From positions 18,972 to 82,971 of the IMG/VR virus record IMGVR_UViG_3300046004_000818: a DNA stretch of 64,000 nucleotides, one strand, 5' to 3'. Under the pieces are notes generated by a model. It was not told the DNA's origin, did no database searches, and saw nothing but the letters and a program-made list of their open reading frames with translations. Source of the DNA: a virus. How positions within the stretch are numbered: the stretch's first letter is position 1; the number at the start of each line of letters is the position of its first letter. Below are positions 10,601 to 20,018 of the stretch, one piece after another. Made by a program: the position numbers and the translations under genes.

Positions 10601-11305
10601 GCTTACTCTAAACTGCTGGCTAGTGGTGCAAGCATAACTCAGAGAGCCTTGAACTTCGACGGTTCAGTAGCTCAAGCTACAGCACTGTCTAGCTCTATGC
10701 AGTCTATGTTCTCTGCCTCCTTGGAACTGGTCACCCAGATCAAGGAGCAGGCTCTGGTTGCTAGTGAAACCTTTGCTGCTTCTCGCGCCACTGTGTTACT
10801 AGATACCTTGAGCATAGACCAGAAGTATGCTTACTGGGATTCCAAGTGGAACACAGACATGGAGGCGCTAAAGACTGCTATAGATCCAGTAGACATTAAG
10901 CTGTTAGCTGCTGATGTTAACAAGTCTATCATGAGTGGTTGGGCCTTGCTAACTGCAGAACAGAAGCTGGGCAGTCGTGCAGAGTTTGATAAACTACTGG
11001 CTGATGCTAATACCTTGGTGGCTGATCGGTACGATACTGCAGAAGGTAGTGTAGACACATCAACTAATGAGGCACTTGTAAGCACACTAAGCTCTGTTCT
11101 TGCAGATGATGCTGCAGCACGTAAAGCTACTAACGCTCAGTTGGCTGAGATACTTCGGATAGGTACCTCTGCTATCGTAGAAGCTGCTGCTGTTCTTCGG
11201 GATGCGGCTGCTAAGCCTAAGCAAGTTGAGGTCACAGTGACTACACAGAGAGCAGCAACAAGTGAGGTAACCTATACTGGTTATGATTTTGGAGGTAATG
11301 GCTAA
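4694..11305 (+). CDS. tail tape measure protein
   Basis: ~2200 aa, Ala-rich and helical; TP901-type core (FEQSL...GIQGSAAGTSVRN); follows the chaperone pair; likely ATG at 4694 after GGAG. Confidence 0.95.
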   Translation: MSDNIGLQLDPPKGVTETITALTELVTAVNGAEKKLNNNTNFGKLGIEEALAKLPKSLGAVATALKAAMYSVNQVLTGGNAETVDIVRSVNRAIQQVFEQRLAVVGTMTDREIASWRKYGVSINGLQKAQLADNKANVAALVAARSEFVAIATAADSRMNAGGLTYDKARDTAEANAYKNRLAQALIFDKSREAAMVAAAANFQNIATASNEKMLSQAMIFDKARDAQLARSYDTQLAQALVYDRARDAQMAKSYETQLSQALLFDKARDAQIAKSYEDKLAQALLYDKARDAQVAKSYETQLAQALTYDRARDAQIAKAYETKLAQALIYDKVRDAQIAKSYETQLAQAMIFDKARDAQIAKSYETRLTQALAFDKARDAQLAKSYETQLAQALIYDKARDAQIAKSYETRAAQALAYDKARDAQIAKSYETRMAKELAAIKMQEELDKLSYEKRLAFMAKFNAAVANGKAFGGINFTSMEAAISGISRGFGGIATTIAHLIPFVTAFVTAATTLKTLKVGAEFEQSLFVIKELAGNSTEEVKGLSDSMLELSKTGVYGPLQMAKGLEILTLAGLNAKDAFTALQPTLNFSLAGGVNLDAAASTLVAVATAYGYSAEAFSTVGDMIAKTAADSMASVQGLTESFKAASVVAQLYGVSLEDTSYMLKSLAQIGIQGSAAGTSVRNFYTEITKQSGKAFETLKKLKVEIYDTEGLKSTLEIFKELALSMDNLDKRSKQAAMAALTNERGGKTGIGVMETARTDIIKELNKQEREHNQLTGENITLTTTATLSLKQLSDGYDSLIAKQKKFAKEAAGFTFLAALENQLTTMGSYKGLLASLEGDFARAFGVASDSVFLLSVELRKALNSDEFNAALQTLTGALIGMATSFAKAVSYINTNTTETVAAVAILGTVFTAVGIASNAAAIGIDLATISLTGVSLAIEGTTVQLGVMNTVFALGPGKILLLIASIGLLVYEIGKIAGAWVDAESARDKALRKEKEATETSIAALRAKADQTKSSMEAELERLTKSNQLRSEGATQHEADQKLFGEAAKSRIEQLHKENLSLIAKRSLLEEIQLLETNHMTVDAGGNTTAAKSVAEIAFEVSARQAKAIAAETAAYQAEITAVDALVEKLRLAYVEKARLDKVKPKPQGPDSADFPSGGRFGGGGKGKPDGTKSELESLIASIEKFNSVSDAMAESSKKATEAQTFEAGSMATLHKITNNYTGDKAKLVEVENSIAAAAERRKAIQADNSGASYIASLQNLNNELDKQVETHAKLTAAEKIAEASKKGLQEGTIALTYWEKVYAEALMDRAKALEKLRGLEAQAAKAGGELKTATSNAKVYMDTLKQQLQAETELEAARDAAIQKGPQFVARLEAETAARSKNAGSIVKLTEKIDALKLKERELKAEKGVLSPEDLKTLKEAEDQLSEMTTDLDEIIKKAGELAEKKWLTIDRDRIAGDLAGAVMTGLTTGGQEGARALRDILVKEFITNPIQVWIKATISEIMGGSSTGNGLTNSSGGSLTGFKSVDSILGAANKMADTYLHGASKSLGGFATSSIGESLGLSSRAEDMMGNTMGNSLTTAGELFQAMPIGGMITAYTKGGASGFLQGAANIGISGAVTGGLAAASAGTGVAAGAMSGAGAALSAVPGWGWAIMAGLAILGNKGEYVKSTGASEQTFAQDGTSTIAAQSGDHPFGGGLNAGAEANASADKITTGMYNTYTDVAKALGIGVKDVKFSYGQNNSDGGKTSIGGGSYTSMEFKTSDEAIKLEASRAVLAALKDSDLPTYLSGMFDNIDLSALSQVDADRLMQDAKGFKAIADAADSLPFNSLTKASHATLVALTAASGGLDKLTSNLTSYYANYYTDAERNAKSTNSLGDEFKKLGLEMPKTKQAFRELVEAQDLTTESGRKAAAGLYTLNDVFAKTVVDTGQLALDAAIKAAEAATESMDITRVTASVLPATVREYTAYSKLLASGASITQRALNFDGSVAQATALSSSMQSMFSASLELVTQIKEQALVASETFAASRATVLLDTLSIDQKYAYWDSKWNTDMEALKTAIDPVDIKLLAADVNKSIMSGWALLTAEQKLGSRAEFDKLLADANTLVADRYDTAEGSVDTSTNEALVSTLSSVLADDAAARKATNAQLAEILRIGTSAIVEAAAVLRDAAAKPKQVEVTVTTQRAATSEVTYTGYDFGGNG
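5335..6000 (+). repeat. 66-bp (22-aa) tandem repeat, ~10 copies, inside tape measure gene
   Basis: consensus ARDAQIAKSYETQLAQALIYDK; 10 RDAQ cores counted. Confidence 0.95.
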
Positions 11306-11823
11306 TGAGAGTGCTAACGTCAGGGCTTATAGCAGAGCTAGGCTTGATAATCACTAGACCGGGGTACTTGGTCAGTATCGGCTTCGATACGACCTTGTAT
11401 ATGTCCAGCCTAGGGACAGTTACTTGGGACGGACATACGTGGATAGCTGATGACATAAAGGTAGAAGCCTTGGTTAGAGAGCAGAGTGTGGTTAAGTCAG
11501 CCCAGATAAGTATAGGTAACCTGGAGAGTACCTATACTTCACTGATACTTAATCAGGGTATCTCTGATAAACCTGTATCCATCTATTCTGTCTACGCAGG
11601 GGCACCGACTGAAACAGTTCTTGAGTTTAGCGGGGTTGGTGATTCAGCAGAGATTGGTGATAGAATCGTACTCAATCTTATCGGGGAAGCTACCCAAAAT
11701 AGTTTCGCACCTCGTAGAAGAATTGGCCCTGCTGTAGGTATCAATCAAATATTACCAGCAAATACTGTAATTGATCTAGGTGGTTTAGGTTTACCGTACA
11801 TACTTGAGAAGTACTCAATCTAA
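11305..11823 (+). CDS. minor tail/tail tip protein (gpL-like)
   Basis: 172 aa directly after TMP; VTWDGHTW motif typical of tail hub proteins. Confidence 0.55.
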   Translation: MRVLTSGLIAELGLIITRPGYLVSIGFDTTLYMSSLGTVTWDGHTWIADDIKVEALVREQSVVKSAQISIGNLESTYTSLILNQGISDKPVSIYSVYAGAPTETVLEFSGVGDSAEIGDRIVLNLIGEATQNSFAPRRRIGPAVGINQILPANTVIDLGGLGLPYILEKYSI

Positions 11824-12146
11824 TGGCTTACCCTACACTCAACATATCCTACGGGGCTACTCAAGACCTGCAAACGGATAGGCAGATAGAACGAGCTACC
11901 AACGGCTCCGTTCGTGGACGGATATTCTATACAGCGCCTAAATCTGTTTTCAGGTTTAACCATGAGTTCTTGACTCCTGCACAGCTAACGACATTTAAGG
12001 CATTCCATTTAGCCAACCTAACCTCTAGCTTCTCTTTTCTCTGGCCTGAGGGGGCAGTTACATATACCTGCATATTTGGCTCAGAGCCAAAGTATACGCC
12101 CACAGCATATGGTGCGCTGGTTAGTGTAGAACTATTGGAGATATAG
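11823..12146 (+). CDS. distal tail protein (gpM/Dit-like)
   Basis: 107 aa with FKAFH...SFSFLWP pattern; tail tip position. Confidence 0.55.
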   Translation: MAYPTLNISYGATQDLQTDRQIERATNGSVRGRIFYTAPKSVFRFNHEFLTPAQLTTFKAFHLANLTSSFSFLWPEGAVTYTCIFGSEPKYTPTAYGALVSVELLEI

Positions 12147-15100
12147 TGGCAAGCTTATTCGGATTCCCTCCCTTGGTTTGGCAGGTGCCAGTAACACCTT
12201 CGTCTACGCTCAACGCTTCTGCTACTCCTACCGCAGAAGCTAACATGCAAGTTGCTGCATCTTATGCACCTATCCGTGTGATATACGGAACTGTAAGGCT
12301 TGGTGCACAAGTTGTCAATGTAGTTGATTACGGTGGTTACTGGTATGTACAGGTGGTGTGGGGTGAAGGTCCAATCACAGCTATCAGTGCTGTGATGTTC
12401 AACGATGCAGACCCCAACGATCCAGCTAAGGGTGCGACCTGTGTGGTAACTAACTACTCAGGCACCTCTGGTCAGTTGGTTAATGCTGATCTAGTGGCGG
12501 CCTTCGCTGCTAAGGGTGTTGTATATACAGACACTCTTCCCGATATTGCCTACAGTGTATTGCGTATATCCAAGGCTGGTACCAGTGGGATGCCTACTGT
12601 TACGGCCTTGATCCAAGGTCGTGCAGTCTATGATCCTCGCACTACACTCACAGCTTACAGTGACAACCCTGCTTTGATCGTTGCAGACTTCGTTACCAAT
12701 AGCGTCTATGGTATGGGACTTACTGTAGATTGGCCCAGTGTCACTACAGTTGCAAATCTATGCGATGCTATAGTTGGCAGTGAAAAGCGTCGTAGGTTGA
12801 GCCTAGCCTTGGACACCGTTCAGCCTGTGTCTACGTGGCTGGATACTCTGGCTACCTATGCAGGTTGCTGGGCCTTGAAAGAGGGTACGAAAGTCACCTT
12901 GATACCAGATTCGACAGTTGGAGTTAGCCGTACCTACGCTCACGCTTCAGGCCAGATAGCTAAACTGACAGCGTTGAAGCAACGAGGCATAGCTGCTATG
13001 CCTACAGCTATAGAGATAAGGTATACAGACACCACTGCCATACCTTGGAAGGACGCTTCCCAATGGGCTTATTTGCCCGGTGTGCTGGCTGGCACCTATC
13101 CGCGCCGCGAGTCGCAGATTGCCTTGCCGGGGATACAGTCCCCTTCCCAAGCGTATCGGGAGGCTGTAGAGCGTTTGAACAAGCTGACAAACGCTGATCT
13201 ATCGTGTACGTTAGAGGTATTTGATGAGTCCCTTGACTTACAGCCCGGTGATAGAGTGCAGGTTACACACCCTATAGGTCTGACTGCTAAAGATTTCAGG
13301 GTACAGCGTGTAACTTCTAACTATGGCAGACACAAGCTAGACCTACTTGAGTATGACCCAAGTGTGTACTCTAACGCCATAGTGGTTGGTTCGTCTACAC
13401 CTAATACGCTACTACCTGATCCGATGATCCCCCCAACTGCCATCACAGGCTTGGCGGCGGTAGAGACTATCTACAAGGCTGGTGACGGTACTGTGTCTTC
13501 CAGACTTAGTATTGCTTGGGATACTTTGTCAGACATTTGGCAGATACGCTACAGTGTCACTCTTTACCGTATGGATGATGCCATAGGCGGTGGGCTGCTT
13601 AAGGTAATCAATGGTTATAGTGATGTTAACAGCTTCGTGTTTGCACCACTTGAAGATAACTACTATTACCGTGTAGAAGTAATAGCTGAACGTGTGCGTA
13701 CAGGTGTGCAAAGTGCTGTGGCTACCACAGTCGTGCAAGCACTTGGTAAGCTATTGCCGCCAGCCAATGTTACTGGATTTACAGCTACAGCAGGTAAGTC
13801 TGGACTGGTACTGAACTGGTCCCCTGTGGTTGACATAGACATGAAGGGGTATCGTCTTAAATCTGGTTCGTGGGCAGGTACTACGCTATATGATGTAACA
13901 TCTACATCCGTAAACCTTGGTTATGTGGTGGCAGGAACTACTAACTACTATATCAAGGCCCTTGATTTTTCGGGTAACGAGTCTACAGCTACTGCAACTG
14001 TAAGCAGTACAATCACTGCACCAGTTGCAGTAACTGGGCTTAGCTCTACTGTAGATACAGCTACTGTCTTGCTTACATGGAACCCTAGTAGTGCTATCTG
14101 GCCTATTGATCGCTATGAGGTTAGGTATGGTACATCGTGGGCAGCAGGTACTACTGTAGCCACACTCAATGATACTAACTGCAGGGTATCAGCATCTTGG
14201 GCAGGTTCGAGTAGGACATTCTGGGTTAGTGCTTATGACGCAGCAGGTAATATCTCCACAGCATCCAGCCGTGCTGTAGCTCTCACAAAGTACTCTCCGG
14301 TTACTACACTCGGAGTCACCCTTCTAGGTGCAGACTTAAAACTAACATGGTCAGCAGCTACTGGTGGCAGTCTAATGTTAGATTGCTACGAGATTCGGGT
14401 CGGCTCCACGTTCGCTGGAGCAGAACTTCTTGGTACGTCGTCCACAACGGCGTTCACAATCCCTTACCGCTGGAGTGCCAATCAAACATTTTGGATAGCC
14501 CCCAGAGATATGCTTGGTAATAATAGTTCTGGTACTGAGGCTAGTTCAGTCTTTAACTACAGTCTGCCAGCCGCACCAGCAGTAGCCTCTAAACTTATAG
14601 GTGTAAAAGCTGAACTGACTTGGACTACCCCAAGTGCTATTTTGCCTGTAGCAAAATACTCTGTTCGCTATGGCGCGTCATGGGCAGCAGGCGCTGCCAC
14701 TGAAGTCTTAGTAGCAGTCACCAGTCTACGTGTAGCTATTGACTGGGTTCCTGGCACTAGAACATACTATGTAGCCGCTATAGATGTGAATGGTAATGTT
14801 GGAACAGCGTCTGTCGGTACTGGTATTCTTCTTAACGCACCATACGCACCTACGATTGACACCGTGGCCTCATCTGTAGGAGGTGTGCTACTTGACCAAT
14901 ATCGTTTGGCTTGGGATGTGATAACCCCAGATACTACACAAGTACCTATAGATTACTACGTTATAGGTTATGATGCTGTTACCTTAGACAGGACGTTTAG
15001 TTCTACCTATATGGCTACGGCTGATTGGTCAGGGACCAGAACCTTCTGGGTGAAAGCTGTGGATGTGCTCGGTAACATTGGTCCTGACAGCAGCCAGACT

Positions 15101-16309
15101 TTAACCATTAACATACCTACTGCACCTAGCATAACCTCACAGGTTATTGACAACAATGTTCTGCTGTACTGGGCAGGTAGTACAGCTACATTGCCCATAG
15201 CCACTTACGAACTTCGTAAGGGTGCTTCATGGGCTGGCGGTAGTTTGATAGGACAGAAGTCTGGGGGATTTACGACTGTGCTTGAGACAGCAGCAGGAAC
15301 CTATACCTATTGGGTAGCTGCTATAGACTCTGCTGGAAATGTCGGTACTCCTTCTAGTCTGGTAGTCAGCGTATCGCAGCCTCCTGACTACATACTGAAT
15401 ACTGAATGGACTTCAAACTTTGGAGGCACCAAGGTAAATGCTACCGTTGATACTGACGGAAGTTATCTATTTGGAGTAGATACTACAGAGACATGGCAGA
15501 GTCACTTCACTTCCAGAACTTGGGCTGGCCCCAATGATCAGGTAACAGATAGTACGCATGGTGGACCCTTCCCCTACTACATACAGCCGGGATTGCAGCC
15601 AGCAAGCTACACTGAAACTTTCAACTATGGAGCCATCCTGCCGGGTACAAAGGTAACAGTACTGACTGCTGGTGCAGCAGTCTCTGGAACTCCTGTGGTA
15701 AGTATAACCATATCTACAAGCCCTGACAGTACGACTTGGACTGATTACCCCGGTCTGTCATCTGTGTATGCTACAAACTTCCAGTATGTCAAGGTAGCCT
15801 TAACCTTCACAGGCGGCATATACGATCTTAGCTTGCTGCGGGTTACGTTGGACTCCAAGATCAAGAATGCCGCAGGTTCAAAGGCTTGCTTGTCTACAGA
15901 TATACTAGGTACAGCTATAAATTTTAATGTGGAGTTTGTAGATGTTAGCGCCATTAACATAACTCCGTTAAGTACAACTGCGGTTACCGCTATGTACGAC
16001 TACCTAGACGCTTATGTTGCTGGCACATACTCAGTGGTATCCAATGTCTGCACAGTTACTACAGGTAGTGTTCACGGACTTGTAGTTGGGCAGAATGTAA
16101 AGCTTACAACTTCGACAGGTACTGGTATCAGTGCAGTCTACACAGTGGTTACCAGACCAAGCAGCACTCAGTTCACTGTGGCAATGACAACTGCAAACAC
16201 TTCAGGAAATTTAACCACATACGCCCAAGGTTTCAGAGTATACTTGTTCGACGCTGCTGGCACCACAAGGCTCTCTAAGACCGTTTCGTGGGCTGTCCGA
16301 GGATACTAA
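12146..16309 (+). CDS. central tail fibre / tip attachment protein (gpJ-like) with fibronectin type III-like repeats
   Basis: 1387 aa; PIRVIYG, YSDNPA and LQPGDRVQVTH motifs; repeated YEVRYGxSWAAG...FWVxAxDxxGN modules. Confidence 0.85.
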   Translation: MASLFGFPPLVWQVPVTPSSTLNASATPTAEANMQVAASYAPIRVIYGTVRLGAQVVNVVDYGGYWYVQVVWGEGPITAISAVMFNDADPNDPAKGATCVVTNYSGTSGQLVNADLVAAFAAKGVVYTDTLPDIAYSVLRISKAGTSGMPTVTALIQGRAVYDPRTTLTAYSDNPALIVADFVTNSVYGMGLTVDWPSVTTVANLCDAIVGSEKRRRLSLALDTVQPVSTWLDTLATYAGCWALKEGTKVTLIPDSTVGVSRTYAHASGQIAKLTALKQRGIAAMPTAIEIRYTDTTAIPWKDASQWAYLPGVLAGTYPRRESQIALPGIQSPSQAYREAVERLNKLTNADLSCTLEVFDESLDLQPGDRVQVTHPIGLTAKDFRVQRVTSNYGRHKLDLLEYDPSVYSNAIVVGSSTPNTLLPDPMIPPTAITGLAAVETIYKAGDGTVSSRLSIAWDTLSDIWQIRYSVTLYRMDDAIGGGLLKVINGYSDVNSFVFAPLEDNYYYRVEVIAERVRTGVQSAVATTVVQALGKLLPPANVTGFTATAGKSGLVLNWSPVVDIDMKGYRLKSGSWAGTTLYDVTSTSVNLGYVVAGTTNYYIKALDFSGNESTATATVSSTITAPVAVTGLSSTVDTATVLLTWNPSSAIWPIDRYEVRYGTSWAAGTTVATLNDTNCRVSASWAGSSRTFWVSAYDAAGNISTASSRAVALTKYSPVTTLGVTLLGADLKLTWSAATGGSLMLDCYEIRVGSTFAGAELLGTSSTTAFTIPYRWSANQTFWIAPRDMLGNNSSGTEASSVFNYSLPAAPAVASKLIGVKAELTWTTPSAILPVAKYSVRYGASWAAGAATEVLVAVTSLRVAIDWVPGTRTYYVAAIDVNGNVGTASVGTGILLNAPYAPTIDTVASSVGGVLLDQYRLAWDVITPDTTQVPIDYYVIGYDAVTLDRTFSSTYMATADWSGTRTFWVKAVDVLGNIGPDSSQTLTINIPTAPSITSQVIDNNVLLYWAGSTATLPIATYELRKGASWAGGSLIGQKSGGFTTVLETAAGTYTYWVAAIDSAGNVGTPSSLVVSVSQPPDYILNTEWTSNFGGTKVNATVDTDGSYLFGVDTTETWQSHFTSRTWAGPNDQVTDSTHGGPFPYYIQPGLQPASYTETFNYGAILPGTKVTVLTAGAAVSGTPVVSITISTSPDSTTWTDYPGLSSVYATNFQYVKVALTFTGGIYDLSLLRVTLDSKIKNAAGSKACLSTDILGTAINFNVEFVDVSAINITPLSTTAVTAMYDYLDAYVAGTYSVVSNVCTVTTGSVHGLVVGQNVKLTTSTGTGISAVYTVVTRPSSTQFTVAMTTANTSGNLTTYAQGFRVYLFDAAGTTRLSKTVSWAVRGY

Positions 16310-17440
16310 ATGTCTGACCACTCTCTTCCTACACTAGCCTCAACGTATGCTAACTTCCTATCCCAATTAGGGAGTAGGCTTGATGACTCTGTTAAACAAA
16401 GTCGTTCAGACACTGTAACGCTTACTAACCCTCCCGTAGGTACTGTTCGCTGGAACACAGCCACTTCCAAATGGGAGCATAACACAGGTACTGTTGGTGT
16501 GCCTGTCTGGTCTGCGTTAACTACTACCTACGGTATCAACGTAGCTACTGCTAACGCTTGGGCAACTGGTAGAACCATAGCCACTACTGGTGATGCTACT
16601 GGTACCAGTGCAGCCTTCACTGGGGCAGCCAACCTCAGTTTCGCTCTCACACTTGCCACGGTAAATGCCAATGTAGGAGCCTTCGGCTCTGTCACTTCTG
16701 TGCCTGTCATCACTGTGAATGCTAAAGGTCTGGTGACTGCGGTAAGCACAGCAACACTTGGCAATATAGCTACACAAGCTGCAAGCTCTGTAGCAATCAC
16801 TGGCGGTAGTATTACCAACGTCACCCACGGCACAGGAAACACTTGGAGTGGTACAGCCATACCTATCACCTATGGTGGTACAGGTGGTAGCACAGCTACT
16901 GGTACAGGCTCTGTAGTGCTTGCTACAAGTCCTACACTTGTAACTCCACTACTCGGCACACCCACTTCCGGTAACTTCTCAACTGGTACATTCACTTGGC
17001 CTACGTTCAATCAGAACACAACTGGTAGCAGCGCAAGCTGTACTGGTAATGCTGCCACTGCCTACGGCAAGGCTGAAGGAGCCCTGAGTGTACTTTACGC
17101 AGCTACATCAGGAACTGCTGGCAATATCACAGGTGTAGCTGCTATCGCCAATGGTGGCAGCGGTGCTGCTTCTGGTAAATTGACTGCTACTATTAGTACA
17201 AACACTGCCGCAGTCAATGGTACTACATACACATTCGCTGGTGTATGCGTCTTGACCCTAGCAGCAAGTCCTACTGTAGGTAATTGGGTCGGATTTAGCA
17301 ACCCTACTACAGCTACTGGTGCTAGTATTGATCCTAATGGGAAGAAGATCATGAACACAACAGGTGTTATGTATCTGGACATAACAGCTGGTAGTACACT
17401 TGTTTATAGTGGTGCAACTTATGGGTGGGTCTTAATATGA
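16310..17440 (+). CDS. tail fibre protein
   Basis: 376 aa, T/G/A-rich; ITVNAKGLVTA, GGTG and VVLATSPTLVTP fibre motifs. Confidence 0.75.
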   Translation: MSDHSLPTLASTYANFLSQLGSRLDDSVKQSRSDTVTLTNPPVGTVRWNTATSKWEHNTGTVGVPVWSALTTTYGINVATANAWATGRTIATTGDATGTSAAFTGAANLSFALTLATVNANVGAFGSVTSVPVITVNAKGLVTAVSTATLGNIATQAASSVAITGGSITNVTHGTGNTWSGTAIPITYGGTGGSTATGTGSVVLATSPTLVTPLLGTPTSGNFSTGTFTWPTFNQNTTGSSASCTGNAATAYGKAEGALSVLYAATSGTAGNITGVAAIANGGSGAASGKLTATISTNTAAVNGTTYTFAGVCVLTLAASPTVGNWVGFSNPTTATGASIDPNGKKIMNTTGVMYLDITAGSTLVYSGATYGWVLI

Positions 17441-18489
17441 GTAATTTATCAGATTTCCTTGGTGGAAATAGTGTAATCAAGGGTTACACTGAGTCAGCCA
17501 TCATCAGTACATCACAGATAGTGACAGTACCTGCTGGTACAAAGCGTATTGAGGCTTTGCTATGTGGTGGTGGCGGTGCTGGTGGTTATAATGGTGGTGG
17601 CTTTGGTGGCTTACAGGTGTACGCTATACCTGTAACTGGGTCATCATTAGATGTAGTTATCGGTGCTGGCGGTAGTGGTAGTACTACCACTAGTGTTGGT
17701 AACCGTGGAGGTACCACTAAAGTATCCTCTAACGGTATTACTTACGCTGCTGTAGGGGGTGGCGGTGGTGGTTCATCCAGCAATGTGCTGAGTTCTGCCG
17801 ATGGCAAGTTTGGAGGTAGTGGTGGCGGGTGTTCTTCATACACAAATGCAGGTTGCTCAGGGAGCAGTGGGGGTGCACCATTCAACCCACAGCTATTTTT
17901 GTTCAACCCCTTGGATTTGATAGACTATAATCCAAATCTGTATAGTGGGGTACAGGCAAACTCCACAATCACTATGTGGAGTACTAACGCCTTCGCTTCT
18001 CGCCCTCCAGGGAGTCCAGCACTGACTAACCTTACTGCTGGGTATGAGACAGGAGTCCACCCAAGTTCTTGTGGTATGGGGTATGGCGGTGGAGGGGGTA
18101 TTGGTGGCACTACCAGTGGTAATTTTGTAAACTACCCCCCTGCCCAAGGAGGTGGTAGCGGCCATAGTGTCTATTATGCCTCTCTTCCCGGCAGTCTTGG
18201 TGGGGGTGGTGCATATGGTTACACGGGAGCTACTGCTGGTGCAGGAGGTAGTCTTACATCTATCATTGTGTGGGGACTTACAGGTCATGCTGGTGGTGCC
18301 GGTGGTACAGGATTCGCGTCTGCTGGTGGCGGTGGCGGTGGTGGTATGCTTGGAGTAGGTACTGCTGGTGTGTCAGCTAGTAATGGTGCTGGCGGTGCTG
18401 GCGGTGCTGGAGGCGGCGGCGGAGGTGGCGGTGCCACCTCTAACGCATCAGGCGGCAATGGCTTCGCACGTTTCCGTTTCTATTATTAA
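17437..18489 (+). CDS. glycine-rich tail fibre/adhesin protein
   Basis: VTVPAGTKRIEALLCGGGGAG start, poly-Gly tracts and C-terminal GGNGFARF; ATG at 17437 overlaps the upstream stop. Confidence 0.7.
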   Translation: MSNLSDFLGGNSVIKGYTESAIISTSQIVTVPAGTKRIEALLCGGGGAGGYNGGGFGGLQVYAIPVTGSSLDVVIGAGGSGSTTTSVGNRGGTTKVSSNGITYAAVGGGGGGSSSNVLSSADGKFGGSGGGCSSYTNAGCSGSSGGAPFNPQLFLFNPLDLIDYNPNLYSGVQANSTITMWSTNAFASRPPGSPALTNLTAGYETGVHPSSCGMGYGGGGGIGGTTSGNFVNYPPAQGGGSGHSVYYASLPGSLGGGGAYGYTGATAGAGGSLTSIIVWGLTGHAGGAGGTGFASAGGGGGGGMLGVGTAGVSASNGAGGAGGAGGGGGGGGATSNASGGNGFARFRFYY

Positions 18490-18497
18490 GGACTGAT

Positions 18498-18986
18498 ATG
18501 CCAAACTATTTTGTAATTGTTGACGGTAAGGTGGATAACGTAGCTGTAGCAGATGCTCCACTAGACGCTAGTTGGGTACTGTCTGATGGTATCCACGGTG
18601 TAGGTTGTCTCTATAACAACGGTGTACTCAGTCGCCCACCTGAGCCTGAAGCCCTTCCAGAAGTTCCCAAACCCTACTTGCACTTCATTGATCTAGGCCC
18701 ATTCAATGATCGCTTTGGTGCTAAAAAGTTAGCTGTTTTAATGTCTTCTGACGCTATCGTGAAGGCATTTAACAGTGACAAATCTGACCGTCGCTGGATC
18801 GACCTTGAACGCCTTGATGTACGTGCTGCTGTGTTCTACATGGCTGGTGTGCCTTTGACTGTCGCCCCCGGCCAAACTGTAACTATGGCCTCTCCTATAC
18901 TTACAGTGGAAGAGGCTACTGCCATCATGGACACTCCAGTATCTTCGGCAGAGCAGCTTGGACTTGTAAAGGCGTACTTCTCATGA
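18498..18986 (+). CDS. putative tail fibre assembly protein
   Basis: YFVIVDGKVDNV...GCLYNNGVLSRPP pattern typical of genes following Gly-rich fibres. Confidence 0.55.
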   Translation: MPNYFVIVDGKVDNVAVADAPLDASWVLSDGIHGVGCLYNNGVLSRPPEPEALPEVPKPYLHFIDLGPFNDRFGAKKLAVLMSSDAIVKAFNSDKSDRRWIDLERLDVRAAVFYMAGVPLTVAPGQTVTMASPILTVEEATAIMDTPVSSAEQLGLVKAYFS

Positions 18987-19486
18987 ACTACTTAGAAGCT
19001 AGGTCCAAGATCAAATCCGGTGACTTACTGGCTTGGTCACACCGTGGCTGGGGTACTTGGCATGATATCAAGATTCAAGCTGTGCGTTTCTTCACACAGT
19101 CTGAGTACAGCCATGTAGCTACAGCTTGGTGTGTAGGTGACCGGGTGTTTGTTATAGAGGCGGTACAACCTCTTGTGCGTATCTACCCACTATCCAAGCT
19201 TGGTGAGTTCTATTGGTTGCCGCTTAACTGCAACTGGAATGACAAGGCACTTGACTATGCCTTGTCAAAGGTAGGTGAGTCCTATTCACAGATGCAGGCT
19301 ATTACAGCTTTCTTCAAGACCTTGGAAAAAGAAGACTCTCTTTGGGAGTGTGCCGAACTAGCTGCTAGAGTCTCAGCCTTAGCTGGCTTCGACCTTGGTA
19401 CAGTCTATACTCCGAGCAAAGTGGTACAGAGGGCGCTTGAGCAAGGGGCAGTAACCCACCTGATAACCTCAAAAACCTCTACCTAG
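18983..19486 (+). CDS. permuted papain-like NlpC/P60 amidase (YiiX/YebB-like)
   Basis: KSGDLL, YSHVA, VIEA, VGESY and WECAEL...TP motifs (His before Cys). Confidence 0.8.
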   Translation: MNYLEARSKIKSGDLLAWSHRGWGTWHDIKIQAVRFFTQSEYSHVATAWCVGDRVFVIEAVQPLVRIYPLSKLGEFYWLPLNCNWNDKALDYALSKVGESYSQMQAITAFFKTLEKEDSLWECAELAARVSALAGFDLGTVYTPSKVVQRALEQGAVTHLITSKTST

Positions 19487-19540
19487 TGAGGGTACAATGG
19501 TGCACCTGAGTAAGGCCGCACCATGTTCAAAACCCATCCC

Positions 19541-19576
19541 TTGACGCCCCTGATTCGCATTCGACATACTATGTCG
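19541..19576 (+). promoter_or_regulatory. putative sigma70 promoter with overlapping palindrome upstream of lysis genes
   Basis: TTGACG-18 bp-CATACT; palindrome CGACATA-C-TATGTCG covers the -10. Confidence 0.45.
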
Positions 19577-19604
19577 GACGGAGATAGTCTTAGGACAAGA
19601 AAAG

Positions 19605-20018
19605 ATGCTTAACTGGTACGTTAAACTAAAACGAATCTTACTGATAGATGATACACTGTCAGTAAGATTTTTCTTTGCTATGTGCAGCTTTGGTTATGGT
19701 GTTGATATATGGTACGACCATGCCAAAGATCAGTCTTACCACTTGCTGTATAGCCTTGCCCCTCACTGGACTACCCCAGAAAGCTTCTGGGGTACGTTGT
19801 TTGTGTTCTATTCCATCATGCTTCTAAAAGGCATTACAGGTCAGTATGGTTACTGGCATCTAATCTTTGAGGCTATACTAGGTTGGTCCATTTGGACAGT
19901 TATGGCTATAGTTAACGTTACTATCACAGGTTATCCAGAAGCCTCAATAGGTGGGGCTATTGTAGCCACATGGTTATTAGTTAGGTATCCTACACACTGG
20001 AAGCAGCCCCATGACTGA
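19605..20018 (+). CDS. multi-pass membrane protein, possible holin/antiholin
   Basis: 137 aa with ~4 hydrophobic segments; in the lysis cassette. Confidence 0.5.
   Translation: MLNWYVKLKRILLIDDTLSVRFFFAMCSFGYGVDIWYDHAKDQSYHLLYSLAPHWTTPESFWGTLFVFYSIMLLKGITGQYGYWHLIFEAILGWSIWTVMAIVNVTITGYPEASIGGAIVATWLLVRYPTHWKQPHD

Noticed and set aside
4714-18358. Many short antisense/alternate-frame ORFs within TMP, J and fibre genes
   Set aside because: Fully nested in long real genes, low complexity, no initiation signals.
16310-18489. Diversity-generating retroelement or invertible cassette acting on tail fibres
   Set aside because: No duplicate of a fibre 3' end, no reverse transcriptase and no invertase were found.
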